Below are positions 55,074 through 64,000 of a stretch of 64,000 nt of DNA, piece after piece (within the stretch, counting starts at the first letter, position 1; each line of letters begins with the position of its first letter). The stretch is from contig JAMDCP010000011.1 of the NCBI GenBank assembly GCA_023489335.1, forward strand, positions 135,057 to 199,056, read 5' to 3'. The notes beneath the pieces were generated by a model. It saw only the letters and a list, made by a program, of their open reading frames with translations. It ran no database searches and was not told the DNA's origin. The stretch is from Deltaproteobacteria bacterium. GTDB lineage: Bacteria; SZUA-79; Acidulodesulfobacterales; Acidulodesulfobacteraceae. The translations under genes and the position numbers were made by a program.

Positions 55074-56306
55074 ATGAAACCAATTTATATCGGAAGACAA
55101 CCCATAATAAACGCCAATAAAAGTATATTCGGTTACGAGATGCTTTTTAGAAGGAGTGATGAAAATTTTGCCGATATAGTCGATAATTTAAGCGCTACCG
55201 CAAGCGTGCTGGAGAACATGTATGATGCTGGTTTTAAAACATTGACAAGCGATAAAATAGCGTTTATTAATATAACTCCAAATATTCTGGGTCAGGGCAT
55301 AATAGATTTACTTCCCAAAGACAAAATAGTCCTTGAGATACTGGAAACAAGTAAAATAGACGATAGTGCCGTTTCTATAATAAAATATTTTAAAAACAAA
55401 GGTTTTAGGTTTGCGCTCGATGATTTTGTTTACGGCAGGGAATGGGAGCCTATTTTAAGATTATCCGATTATGTTAAGATAGATGTCAAGCAATACTCAA
55501 AGGACGAAATCAAAGAAATACTTCTATTTCTTAAAAATTACGGAATAAAGTTTTTAGCTGAAAAAGTGGAACTGGATGAAGATTTTTATTTTTATAAAAG
55601 CCTTGGCTTTCATTTATATCAGGGTTATTTTTTTCAAAAACCTTCCGTTTTATCCTCCGTGAGTTTAGATCCGAGTTATAAGATATTGATAAATATATTT
55701 AATGCTTTTCAGGCAAATGCGGATATAGAACAGATAGAATCATTATTTAAAACTTCGCCGGCTCTTGTTTTTAGGCTTTTAAGACTTATAAATTCAGTTT
55801 TTTATGGATTTGCCGCGACAATATCCTCGTTAAAACAAGCCATTGTGCTTTTGGGGTATGAAAATGTTTCCAGATGGGTTTTAACAATAATGCTTGCTTC
55901 GAGTAAAGGCGATTTAACGCCGGATCTCCTGTTGGAAAGCGCAATAGTAAAAGGCAGGACAATGGAAGCAATATGTAATAAGTTTATAAGTAAAAGTCTT
56001 GCCGACAAAGCTTTTTTGGTTGGGATGCTTTCTCTTGTGAGCGTTGCGCTTGGAATGCCGTTTAAGGAACTATTGAAAAAAATAAATGTAGATTCGGTAA
56101 TTGAAGGTGCATTAGTTGAACATAAAGGCAAACTTGGGGAACTGGTTGAATTTATGGATGCATTTTATAGCGGCTATTATTTTTTGGCTAACACGATACT
56201 TAAACAAATTAATCCTCTTGCTAAGGTTGAGGATGTGCTGGGTATGGATAGCGAAGCATTGATGTATCTGGAGGCAGTTAAAAAATCGGTTTATGGAGCT
56301 ATTTAG
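55074..56306 (+). CDS. EAL-like plus HDOD domain signalling protein
   Basis: N-terminus IGRQPIINANKSIFGYEMLFR and the ALDDF motif (EAL-type fold). C-terminal half has the HDOD pattern (LKQAIVLLGYENVSRWV). Confidence 0.7.
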   Translation: MKPIYIGRQPIINANKSIFGYEMLFRRSDENFADIVDNLSATASVLENMYDAGFKTLTSDKIAFINITPNILGQGIIDLLPKDKIVLEILETSKIDDSAVSIIKYFKNKGFRFALDDFVYGREWEPILRLSDYVKIDVKQYSKDEIKEILLFLKNYGIKFLAEKVELDEDFYFYKSLGFHLYQGYFFQKPSVLSSVSLDPSYKILINIFNAFQANADIEQIESLFKTSPALVFRLLRLINSVFYGFAATISSLKQAIVLLGYENVSRWVLTIMLASSKGDLTPDLLLESAIVKGRTMEAICNKFISKSLADKAFLVGMLSLVSVALGMPFKELLKKINVDSVIEGALVEHKGKLGELVEFMDAFYSGYYFLANTILKQINPLAKVEDVLGMDSEALMYLEAVKKSVYGAI

Positions 56307-56337
56307 AAAAAATTATTTTGCAATGTATAATGTATAA

Positions 56338-56943
56338 ATGGTAAATCCATCCAAAATTTTTATAACAGGCGGTATATCTTCGGGCAAATCAAAATATGCC
56401 GAGGAACAGGCTTTATCGATTTACAAAGCGTCCTTTGGCGGCGGTTTGAGCCCAAGTTCGGATTTAGGCCCTGCGAGGCCGGGTCATAATCCGCTCCATT
56501 TTATTGCAACCGCAAGAATTGAAAATTTGGATAGCGAAATGCTTCTTAAAATAAAAAGGCACAAAGAAAAAAGGTCGGGCATTTTTATCGTTCATGAAAA
56601 TTTTGAGGATTTGCCGGCCGCGATAGACGCAGTTTATAAATCTTTTGAAAATAAAAATGGAATAATTCTTATCGACTCTTTAACATTGTGGCTATCCTCT
56701 ATCTTTAAAAATCTATCCGATTTTGATTTTGCGCAAGAAGCCGTTTTAAGGCTTTCAAAATACCTCAAGGAAATTAAATGCTCCGTTATAACCGTAGCCG
56801 ATTCGCTCGGCTTCAATATGGTGCCGGCAGATGTTTATCTTAGAAAGTTTATCGAATTGAACGGATTAATGGAACAGGAGCTTTCCGCCTTATCGGACAA
56901 AGCCTGCTGTATTATTGCGGGGAATCCTGTATCACTGAAATAA
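56338..56943 (+). CDS. cobU: Adenosylcobinamide kinase / adenosylcobinamide-phosphate guanylyltransferase
   Basis: P-loop ITGGISSGKSKYAE, FIATA...D.EM..KIKRHK, and IDSLTLWLSS. Confidence 0.75.
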   Translation: MVNPSKIFITGGISSGKSKYAEEQALSIYKASFGGGLSPSSDLGPARPGHNPLHFIATARIENLDSEMLLKIKRHKEKRSGIFIVHENFEDLPAAIDAVYKSFENKNGIILIDSLTLWLSSIFKNLSDFDFAQEAVLRLSKYLKEIKCSVITVADSLGFNMVPADVYLRKFIELNGLMEQELSALSDKACCIIAGNPVSLK

Positions 56944-57070
56944 AAATCAGGCGGCTCTTTCAAAGGCAGTCCAATATTTTATATCTATCTTTTTATTATG
57001 AACTATAATAAAATTAATAGAATTAAAATCGATGCGATAATTTTTTAGAGTTTTCCGGATAAATAAAAGA

Positions 57071-58156
57071 ATGAATAAAAGGGATTATCTTTTTTCATTG
57101 GTTAATTCAATAAAACCGGTGGATAAAAAAAAGTTTTATAAAATTGCCGAATATAGGCTTAACAGGCTTATAAAGCCAAAGGGAAGCCTTGGCAGATTAG
57201 AAGAGTTTGCTAAAGATATTGTTGCCATTAGGGAAGAAGAAAGACCGTATCTAAAAAATAAGTTTGTTTGCGTGTTTGCCGGAGACCATGGCGTCGTGAA
57301 AGAAGGGGTTAGCTTATTTAAACAGGACGTTACGGCTCAAATGGTTAGAAATTTTTTAAGCGGGGGCGCAGCCATAAACTCGATAGCAAATTCCGCAGGC
57401 GCTAATGTTCTGGTCGTGGATGTCGGAATAAATGCAAATTTAGAAATGCTGGCGGGGGACAATTTTATAAACGGAAAAATTAAGGCGGGAACAAATAATA
57501 TATTTGAAGCTAAAGCCATGACTTATGACGATGCCTTAAAATCAATTCTTAAGGGTATAGAAATATCCGATATCGTCAAAGCAAAAGGGGCTGATTTTTG
57601 CGCAACAGGCGATATGGGCATAGGCAATACAACACCGTCTTCCGCAATTACTTGTTTTTATTCAAAAAAACCGCCGGGACTTGTTTGCGGCCGTGGAACA
57701 GGCGTAAGTTCAAGCATAATAAACAAAAAGACCGATATTATCGAAAAGGCAATTAAATCTAACATACAAAACGGCGGCGACCCGATAGATGTTTTAGCGG
57801 GGGTCGGGGGATTTGAAATTGGCGCGATAGCTGGTTTTATATTGGGATGCGCCGTTAACAGGATTCCGGTTGTCGTCGATGGTTTTATTTCTACCGCAGG
57901 CGCGCTGATAGCCGTAAATCTTAATTCCAATGTTTCGGATTATATGTTTCTGGGCCATTTATCAAAAGAAAGGGGACATAAAACCGCCGTTAACCTTATA
58001 AAAGGCAAAAAACCCGTCCTCGATTTATCTATGCGTCTGGGAGAGGGAACTGGTGCGGTTATAGCGATGAAGATAATCGAAACGGCTGTTAATATGTATA
58101 ATAATATGCTGACATTCGACGAGGCAAATGTTTTTGCGTCAAAACTCAATAAATAA
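57071..58156 (+). CDS. cobT: Nicotinate-nucleotide--dimethylbenzimidazole phosphoribosyltransferase
   Basis: Patterns KPKGSLGRLEE, FAGDHGV, GDMGIGNTT and LGEGTGA. Confidence 0.9.
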   Translation: MNKRDYLFSLVNSIKPVDKKKFYKIAEYRLNRLIKPKGSLGRLEEFAKDIVAIREEERPYLKNKFVCVFAGDHGVVKEGVSLFKQDVTAQMVRNFLSGGAAINSIANSAGANVLVVDVGINANLEMLAGDNFINGKIKAGTNNIFEAKAMTYDDALKSILKGIEISDIVKAKGADFCATGDMGIGNTTPSSAITCFYSKKPPGLVCGRGTGVSSSIINKKTDIIEKAIKSNIQNGGDPIDVLAGVGGFEIGAIAGFILGCAVNRIPVVVDGFISTAGALIAVNLNSNVSDYMFLGHLSKERGHKTAVNLIKGKKPVLDLSMRLGEGTGAVIAMKIIETAVNMYNNMLTFDEANVFASKLNK

Positions 58157-58382
58157 TTACGGAATTATGTAAGATTGCTTCGTCGCTGACCATCTTTACC
58201 GGCATAAAAGCCGTTGGCTTTTATTGGCCGCCGGTAAAGATATCTCGCAATGACATGCGGCAGTCATTGCGAGTGTAGCGGACGAAGTCCAGCATATCTT
58301 TGACTGCGTTTATAAAACCAACGGTTTTATGCAGACAAAGATGCTCACCAATCTCGGTTTGTCAAGTGCATAATTCCGTTAA
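58157..58382. mobile_element. Foldback (MITE-like) element of about 225 bp between cobT and cobS
   Basis: Terminal inverted repeat ACGGAATTATG (58159-58169) / CATAATTCCGT (58369-58379). Central 10-bp stem TCGCAATGAC/GTCATTGCGA. The two arms are largely complementary. No ORF. Confidence 0.55.
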
Positions 58383-58443
58383 TATTAATAATAAAAAAAA
58401 TAAAAGATAACGAAACCTAAACAATAAACGGACTACGGGAATA

Positions 58444-59280
58444 ATGGCCAACGGGCGGATAAAACAGGCATTTATCGTAAGTATAAGTAATTTATCGGAA
58501 GCCGTAAACTTTTTAACAATATTCAGGCTGAGAAAAAAAAATAAGGCTGATGGCAATAACAATAATGCCGATAAAGACAATGATTTGGCAGTAACTAAGT
58601 TAACGGCATCCATAAAATATTTTCCTCTGGCGGGGTTATTTATCGGGGCAATTTTAGCCTTTACGTTTTATATTTTCGATAAGTTTTTGCCCGACCCTGC
58701 TTCCGCCTTGATGCCGCTCCTGTTTCTTTTTATTTTGACGGGCGGGCTTCACTTTGACGGCTTGTCGGATACGGCGGACGGGCTTTTTGCTTACTTAAAA
58801 AGCGGCGATAAGAACAGATTTTATAATGCGATGAAAGATGTTAACACGGGAACTTCCGGAATTATTGCGGTTATTTTTTACATATTAATTATGTGGATCG
58901 CGATTAACGGAATAAATTTCCGGTTTATTTATTTGTCCTTGTTGACATTTCCCGTTATAGGCAGGTATTCCATAGTTCTAATGTCTTATTTTTCTAATAC
59001 GCCTGAGGATTTTAAGGGAATAGGAACTATCTTTACCGAAGGAACAAAGTTAAGGACATTTATTGCCGCCTCCATTTTTACGGTTATAATCGTTTATATT
59101 TTTTTTAAACTGGCGGGCATTTTTTCGGCGCTGATTTCAACCCTTTTTATCCTGGCCGTAGCGTTTTATTTTGCTAAAAAATTTGGCGGAGTTAACGGCG
59201 ACATGCTGGGTTTTAGTGTTAAAATATCGGAAGCCGTTTATATGGTCGCGTTGCACGGATTTTATAAAGTCCTATTTTAA
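58444..59280 (+). CDS. cobS: Adenosylcobinamide-GDP ribazoletransferase (cobalamin synthase)
   Basis: Polytopic membrane protein with GGLHFDGLSDTADG. Has an Asn/Asp/Lys-rich N-terminal insertion. Confidence 0.8.
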   Translation: MANGRIKQAFIVSISNLSEAVNFLTIFRLRKKNKADGNNNNADKDNDLAVTKLTASIKYFPLAGLFIGAILAFTFYIFDKFLPDPASALMPLLFLFILTGGLHFDGLSDTADGLFAYLKSGDKNRFYNAMKDVNTGTSGIIAVIFYILIMWIAINGINFRFIYLSLLTFPVIGRYSIVLMSYFSNTPEDFKGIGTIFTEGTKLRTFIAASIFTVIIVYIFFKLAGIFSALISTLFILAVAFYFAKKFGGVNGDMLGFSVKISEAVYMVALHGFYKVLF

Positions 59281-59349
59281 ATTATTTAAATTAAAAATAT
59301 TAAAAATAAAATCAATTAATTAATTAATTATCCTTATATTTATATATTT

Positions 59350-60864
59350 ATGTTTTCGGTTTTTTTTGCGTCGGACAGGTCTTCTTCAGGAAAATCGATG
59401 ATAACCATGGCTTTTTCAAATAAAGCGAAAGAGATGGGTTATGCGGTAGATGTTTTTAAAGTCGGCCCCGATTTCCTGGATCCAATCGTAATATCTAAGG
59501 CCGTGAAAACCGAGGTCAAAAACCTCGACCCCTTTTTGATACCGGTTAAGTTTTTAAATTCATGGGTTTTTAACCGTGATGCGGCCTGCATGGGTGATTT
59601 AAACAAAAACAGGGCTTTTATCGTGGAAAGCGCTATGGGTTTATACGATGGAAATTCTTACGCTATGGCAAAAAAATTTAAATTTCCGGTAGTTTTGGTA
59701 ATGGATTCTAAACGAATTTCATCTACCATGGCTTCCATTGTTTACGGCCTTAAGAAATATAAAAAGGGGGTTTATGTTTGCGGGGTTATTTTAAATAATA
59801 TTTCTTCGGCAAGACATTATGAAATTATATTTAACGAGATTAAAGAAAATATTAAAGAAATCGAGGTTTTTGGCTATATTTTAAATGACGAAAGGGTTTT
59901 TTCTATTAAAGAAAGGCATCTCGGTCTTGTACCCCGCGTTACACAAAATTTGGAAGCGGCAGGCGGGAAGTTCGAAAAAATTGTAAATAACATAAAAGAT
60001 GAGGTTTTCCGCAATATAGATATAGATTTAATGATAAGAACCCTTAAGAAAGAATCGGAAGGCTTTAATGATTTGTTTTTTAATTATGCAAAGCGGGTAA
60101 AAAATATACAATTTAAGGCTGAAAGCAATAACGGCTTATCCGTAAAAAGGAAAAATAATAAAAAGGTAAAAATTGCCGTTGCCTATGATAAGGCATTCTT
60201 TTTTTATTATAATTTTAATTTCGAAATTTTAAAGAATTTTGGAGCGGAAATTGTTTTTTTCAGTCCGCTATCGGATAAAACCATGCCAAAAGGCACCTGC
60301 GCAATTTATATAGGTGGCGGTTATCCCGAAATTTACGCGAAAAATCTTACAGAAAATAGGAGCATAATGAACGAAATTTATAAATTTTTTGTAAATAATG
60401 GTATAATATATGCGGAATGCGGGGGACTCATGTATTTATGCAAAAGCCTTACCTATAAAAGTAAAAATTGGGATTTATTGGGGATACTGCCGTTTGGCGT
60501 GACTATGGATAATACAAGGCTTTCCTTAGGTTATAGAAGTGTTTGCCTTAAAGAAAAATCGTTTCTGGGAGATGCGGGGTTAAGGGTAAACGGCCATGAG
60601 TTTCATTATTCTAAAATTATAGCTGATAATCAAAACGATAATAGGGATAATCAATATGGTTATGGCAATCACGGTCAGGCAGCTTCAGGAGAAAATTCGA
60701 CCGCTTTTAAAAAAATTTTCGAATGCGAGAGTTTGGCTTCCCCCGGTGTTTTAAAAAAAGAGGGTTATAATGTTTTAAATGCGATAGGCAGTTATGTCCA
60801 TTTGTCTTTTTTCTCGAACAAGTTAATCGCAAAAAATATAATAGATAATGCTAAAATGATATAA
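59350..60864 (+). CDS. cbiA: Cobyrinate a,c-diamide synthase
   Basis: N-terminal ATPase domain (DRSSSGKSMIT...GPDFLDP) and C-terminal glutamine amidotransferase domain (IYAECGGLMYL, GHEFHYS). Confidence 0.85.
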   Translation: MFSVFFASDRSSSGKSMITMAFSNKAKEMGYAVDVFKVGPDFLDPIVISKAVKTEVKNLDPFLIPVKFLNSWVFNRDAACMGDLNKNRAFIVESAMGLYDGNSYAMAKKFKFPVVLVMDSKRISSTMASIVYGLKKYKKGVYVCGVILNNISSARHYEIIFNEIKENIKEIEVFGYILNDERVFSIKERHLGLVPRVTQNLEAAGGKFEKIVNNIKDEVFRNIDIDLMIRTLKKESEGFNDLFFNYAKRVKNIQFKAESNNGLSVKRKNNKKVKIAVAYDKAFFFYYNFNFEILKNFGAEIVFFSPLSDKTMPKGTCAIYIGGGYPEIYAKNLTENRSIMNEIYKFFVNNGIIYAECGGLMYLCKSLTYKSKNWDLLGILPFGVTMDNTRLSLGYRSVCLKEKSFLGDAGLRVNGHEFHYSKIIADNQNDNRDNQYGYGNHGQAASGENSTAFKKIFECESLASPGVLKKEGYNVLNAIGSYVHLSFFSNKLIAKNIIDNAKMI

Positions 60865-60950
60865 AATTAGGATTAACGGGATAATGAAATAAATAATCTG
60901 GCTTTATTTTAATTCAAAATCAAAAATTAAAAAGGACAATTAATAACTTT

Positions 60951-62258
60951 ATGGAGAATATGACGGAGAAAGAATCGGCAATACAAGGTATTTGGACGGC
61001 AGCAATGGATTATGTCTTTAATAAGGACAATATTCCGAAAGAAAAATTAACGGAAAATATTTCAAACGGCAAGGCAGTTATTTTGCACAATAAAAATAAA
61101 GATAAATTTGTCGGGATAGGCAAGGGCTTAACCACAAAAATCAATGCAAGCATCGGAACTTCCACAAATCATATCGACATAAAAGAAGAAGTTAGAAAGG
61201 CTAGAATTGCCGAAGATAGCGGAGCCGATACGCTGATGGAGTTAAGCGTCGGGGGAGATTTAGATTTTATACGCAAAGAGATTTTGGATAACACCTCCTT
61301 GCCTGTCGGAACCGTTCCCCTTTATCAGGCATTTAGGGAGGCTATCGATATATATAAAAATCCGATAAAAATGCCCGAAAATTTAGTCTTCGATGTCATA
61401 GAGAAACAATGCGAAAGCGGTGTTTCTTTTATGGCTATTCACTCAGGTTTAAATTTAATATCCCTCGAGAGATTAAAAAAACAATCTTACAGATATGCGG
61501 GCCTTGTTTCAAAAGGAGGGGCATATTTAGTTGCATGGATGATAGAAAACAATAGGGAAAATCCTTTATATGAAAGATTTGAAGATGTTTTAAAGATATT
61601 AAAAAAATATGATACCGTTTTAAGTTTGGGAAACGGTTTGAGGGCAGGTTCGACGCATGATTCTTTCGACAGGGCGTACATGCAGGAACTTATTATTAAT
61701 TGCGAACTTTGCGATATAGCAAGGGATTACGGTGTTCAGGTTATAGTCGAAGGCCCCGGGCATATCCCAATCGACGAGATAGAAGCCAATGTTAAGATTC
61801 AAAAAAGGATGTCGAATGAAGCGCCGTTTTATGTCCTTGGGCCGCTTGTTACGGATGTTGCGGCCGGTTATGACCATATTTCTTCCGCAATAGGCGGGGC
61901 GCTATCCTCATCTTACGGGGCGGATTTTCTTTGCTATGTTACCCCCTCGGAACATTTAGGTTTGCCGTCCGGGGAAGATGTCGAAATAGGGGTTAAAGCG
62001 GCTAAGATCGCGGCCCATGTCGGAGACATGATAAAACTTAAAAAAAACGGGGATGATTTGAATATATCGAAGGCTCGCAGGGATATTGACTGGGAAAAGC
62101 AGTTTAAGTATTCCATAGACCCCGAATATTCCAGAAAATTATTTAAATTAAAAAATCAGGATGATGCCGCAGGATGCAGTATGTGCGGTGAGTTTTGCGC
62201 GCCGCTAAGGATAAGGAAATATTTTAAATATGAAATTAAACAAGGGAAAAAGTCTTAA
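60951..62258 (+). CDS. ThiC-family radical-SAM enzyme (ThiC, or the 5-hydroxybenzimidazole synthase BzaF/BzaAB type)
   Basis: ThiC core blocks (INASIGTS, LGNGLRAGS, VEGPGHIP, LGPLVTDVAAGYDHI, CYVTPSEHLGLP) and a C-terminal Fe-S motif CSMCGEFC. Sits in a cobalamin lower-ligand gene cluster. Confidence 0.7.
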   Translation: MENMTEKESAIQGIWTAAMDYVFNKDNIPKEKLTENISNGKAVILHNKNKDKFVGIGKGLTTKINASIGTSTNHIDIKEEVRKARIAEDSGADTLMELSVGGDLDFIRKEILDNTSLPVGTVPLYQAFREAIDIYKNPIKMPENLVFDVIEKQCESGVSFMAIHSGLNLISLERLKKQSYRYAGLVSKGGAYLVAWMIENNRENPLYERFEDVLKILKKYDTVLSLGNGLRAGSTHDSFDRAYMQELIINCELCDIARDYGVQVIVEGPGHIPIDEIEANVKIQKRMSNEAPFYVLGPLVTDVAAGYDHISSAIGGALSSSYGADFLCYVTPSEHLGLPSGEDVEIGVKAAKIAAHVGDMIKLKKNGDDLNISKARRDIDWEKQFKYSIDPEYSRKLFKLKNQDDAAGCSMCGEFCAPLRIRKYFKYEIKQGKKS

Positions 62259-62556
62259 CGCAATATTAATAGCCGGTTCTATTTTTGCGTTTTTATCGGC
62301 GTTATTCGTGATCTATAGCCTTCAGGGAATAGTAAAAGTGTATAGATTAAGGGCGGAAGAACAAAAGTTGAAGCAGGAAATTACTTTAATTAAAAAAAGT
62401 AATTATAAAATAGACGAACAAATATACGAATTAATCCATAACAAGCAATATGTCGCAAATTTGGCAAGGGAAAAGCTGAACATGATTAAGAAAGGAGAAA
62501 TAGTGTTTAAATTTATTCATAAAAAAAAGAAAGATGTTAATAAAAAAAATAAATAA
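62230..62556 (+). CDS. ftsB: FtsB/DivIC-like septum formation initiator
   Basis: One TM segment, a coiled coil, and ...YVANLAREKLNMIKKGEIVFKF. Confidence 0.6.
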   Translation: MKLNKGKSLNAILIAGSIFAFLSALFVIYSLQGIVKVYRLRAEEQKLKQEITLIKKSNYKIDEQIYELIHNKQYVANLAREKLNMIKKGEIVFKFIHKKKKDVNKKNK

Positions 62557-62570
62557 GAATATCTTGCAAT

Positions 62571-64000
62571 TTATGAAATTTCGAAGTATTCGGGATAAAA
62601 ACTATCCTGCATTTTAATCGTTATCTTTTTATTAATTACCGCTTCTAATTCTTTAAGTTCTTTTTCGTATTCATACAGTTTATTCATTATATGGGAATGT
62701 ACCGTTATCGTAATTTTTTTTGACCTTGTCTTTTTTGCGTATGCCGGAATACTTCTAAATATCTCAAAACAAATGGTTTGCGGCGATTTTATACTGCCCT
62801 GGCCTTCGCACATTGGGCAGTGCTCCAAAAACACGCTGGCAAGGCTATTTCCCGTTCTTTTTCTTGTCATCTCTACCAATCCGAGTTCCGTTATCTTATT
62901 AATGGTGGTTTTAACCCTGTCATTTTTAAGGGAGTTTTCTAAAGCGTGATATACTTTTTCCTTGTGATTCTCCCTTGCCATATCGATAAAATCGATTACG
63001 ATAATACCGCCTACATTTCTAAGCCTTAATTGATATGCTATTTCTTTTGCCGCTTCCAGATTTGTTTTTAATATCGTATCTTCAAAGTTTTTTTTGCCCA
63101 CATATTTACCCGTATTTACATCTATTGCCGTAAGGGCTTCCGCATAATCGATTACTATATAGCCGCCGGATTTAAGCCATACCTTTTTATTCAATGCTTT
63201 CGCTATTTCTTTTTCGATATTGAAATGTTCAAATATCGGCACTGGGCCTTCATAAAACTCGACTATGTTTGTATATTCGGGAGACTGAATCGTTAAAAAT
63301 TCTACTATTTTTTCGTATTCTTCCTTATCGTCCACAATAATTTTATTTATCGTTTTATTTAATAAATCTCTCAATGCCCTTAGGGATATGCTGATATCTT
63401 GAAATATAAGCTTGGGAGCTTTTGCTTTGAGCTGGTCACTATAAATATTATTCCATAGGGCGGTAAGAAATTTTATGTCTCTTTCTATGTCGATTTCGGA
63501 GGCGTCTTCGGCAGCAGTTCTTATTATAAATCCGGTGCCCTCGCTTCTGTATTTTAAAACAATATTTTTAAGCCTTTTTTTCTCTTCGTCGCTTTTAATT
63601 TTTCTTGAAATTCCAACCTGTGAAGACGTCGGCATATATACCAGAAATCTTCCGGGAAGGGATATGTGGCTTGTAACGCGGGCGCCCTTTGTTTTAACGG
63701 GTTCTTTGGCGATCTGAACAAGAATTTCCTGGTTCCTTTTTAAAAGTTGATCTATATTAGGCAAGCCTTTTCTCTTTTTCTTAATCTTTTTATGTTTTGG
63801 CGCAAGGGTGCTAATCCCATCATCATTGTTAAGTTCATTAAGCGGCGGTTCTTCCGCTCCCGGCTCAAAAAAATCATAATCAACCGCATCGATTTCATAA
63901 AAATCGCCCGCATATAAAAATGCGGATTTTTCCCAGCCTATATCTATAAAAGATGCCTGAATGCCCGGAAGTATCTGCATTACCTTTCCTTTATATATGT
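62571..64000 (-). CDS. rng: Ribonuclease E/G family protein (5' end beyond the window)
   Basis: The frame stays open to nt 64000 (..IYKGKVMQILPGIQASFIDIG, S1 domain). Catalytic core AIDVNTG...VIDFIDM and a CPMCEGQG zinc-link-like motif. Confidence 0.85.
   Translation of the reverse strand, partial: IYKGKVMQILPGIQASFIDIGWEKSAFLYAGDFYEIDAVDYDFFEPGAEEPPLNELNNDDGISTLAPKHKKIKKKRKGLPNIDQLLKRNQEILVQIAKEPVKTKGARVTSHISLPGRFLVYMPTSSQVGISRKIKSDEEKKRLKNIVLKYRSEGTGFIIRTAAEDASEIDIERDIKFLTALWNNIYSDQLKAKAPKLIFQDISISLRALRDLLNKTINKIIVDDKEEYEKIVEFLTIQSPEYTNIVEFYEGPVPIFEHFNIEKEIAKALNKKVWLKSGGYIVIDYAEALTAIDVNTGKYVGKKNFEDTILKTNLEAAKEIAYQLRLRNVGGIIVIDFIDMARENHKEKVYHALENSLKNDRVKTTINKITELGLVEMTRKRTGNSLASVFLEHCPMCEGQGSIKSPQTICFEIFRSIPAYAKKTRSKKITITVHSHIMNKLYEYEKELKELEAVINKKITIKMQDSFYPEYFEIS

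Noticed and set aside
58510-58600. Asn/Asp/Lys-rich insertions in CobS (NKADGNNNNADKDND), CbiA (DNQNDNRDNQYGYGNHG) and the LysM hydrolase (NNNNNDNKYNYY), considered as functional modules
   Set aside because: They are most simply explained as low-complexity expansions typical of AT-rich genomes. They lie in loops or linkers and share no common motif.
56944-60950. Cobalamin or TPP riboswitches in the intergenic gaps of the cob/thiC-like cluster
   Set aside because: No B12-box-like or TPP (CUGAGA...) core could be recognised. The gaps are short and AT-rich, apart from the foldback element, which lacks these motifs.

Overview
Low-GC bacterial chromosome segment. No rRNA or CRISPR; two tRNA-Val genes. 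Order left to right. (1) A secreted sulfur module: a SoxA/TsdA-like diheme cytochrome flanked by three exported COG1416/DsrE-like paralogs. (2) Housekeeping genes: DUF255 thioredoxin-like, LysM/NlpC-P60 hydrolase, lgt, mazG-like, rarA, ccdA. (3) A cus-like heavy-metal RND efflux operon preceded by two Met-rich proteins, one a membrane-anchored c-type cytochrome; then kup. (4) A ~19 kb scavenging block with two PLC/AcpA-type phosphoesterases, three TonB-dependent receptors and tonB-exbB-exbD. All five transcription units are preceded by arrays of 4-9 TGTAAYA-type direct repeats phased at 11 bp, which resemble PhoB/PhoP boxes; I consider this the strongest regulatory signal in the window. (5) Toxin-antitoxin debris: a frameshifted Uma2 gene, a HEPN/MNT pair and a dead PIN toxin. 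(6) A 10.9 kb integrative element in tRNA-Val(GAC) with 45-bp att repeats. It carries an integrase, two Xis/AlpA-like HTH genes, an XRE repressor with operator, a split ParB/methyltransferase, a DnaB-like helicase, a candidate Rep with 17-bp iterons, and unknown cargo, but no virion genes (PICI/satellite-like). A truncated second integrase lies next to it. (7) A dsrE-tusA-sqr-DUF1641 cluster in which sqr is disrupted by a perfect 130-bp inverted duplication. (8) An EAL-HDOD gene and cobalamin lower-ligand genes (cobU, cobT, cobS, cbiA, ThiC/BzaF-like) with a foldback MITE-like insert; then ftsB-like and a partial RNase E/G gene. Two of the gene disruptions sit in homopolymer runs, so sequencing error must be excluded.
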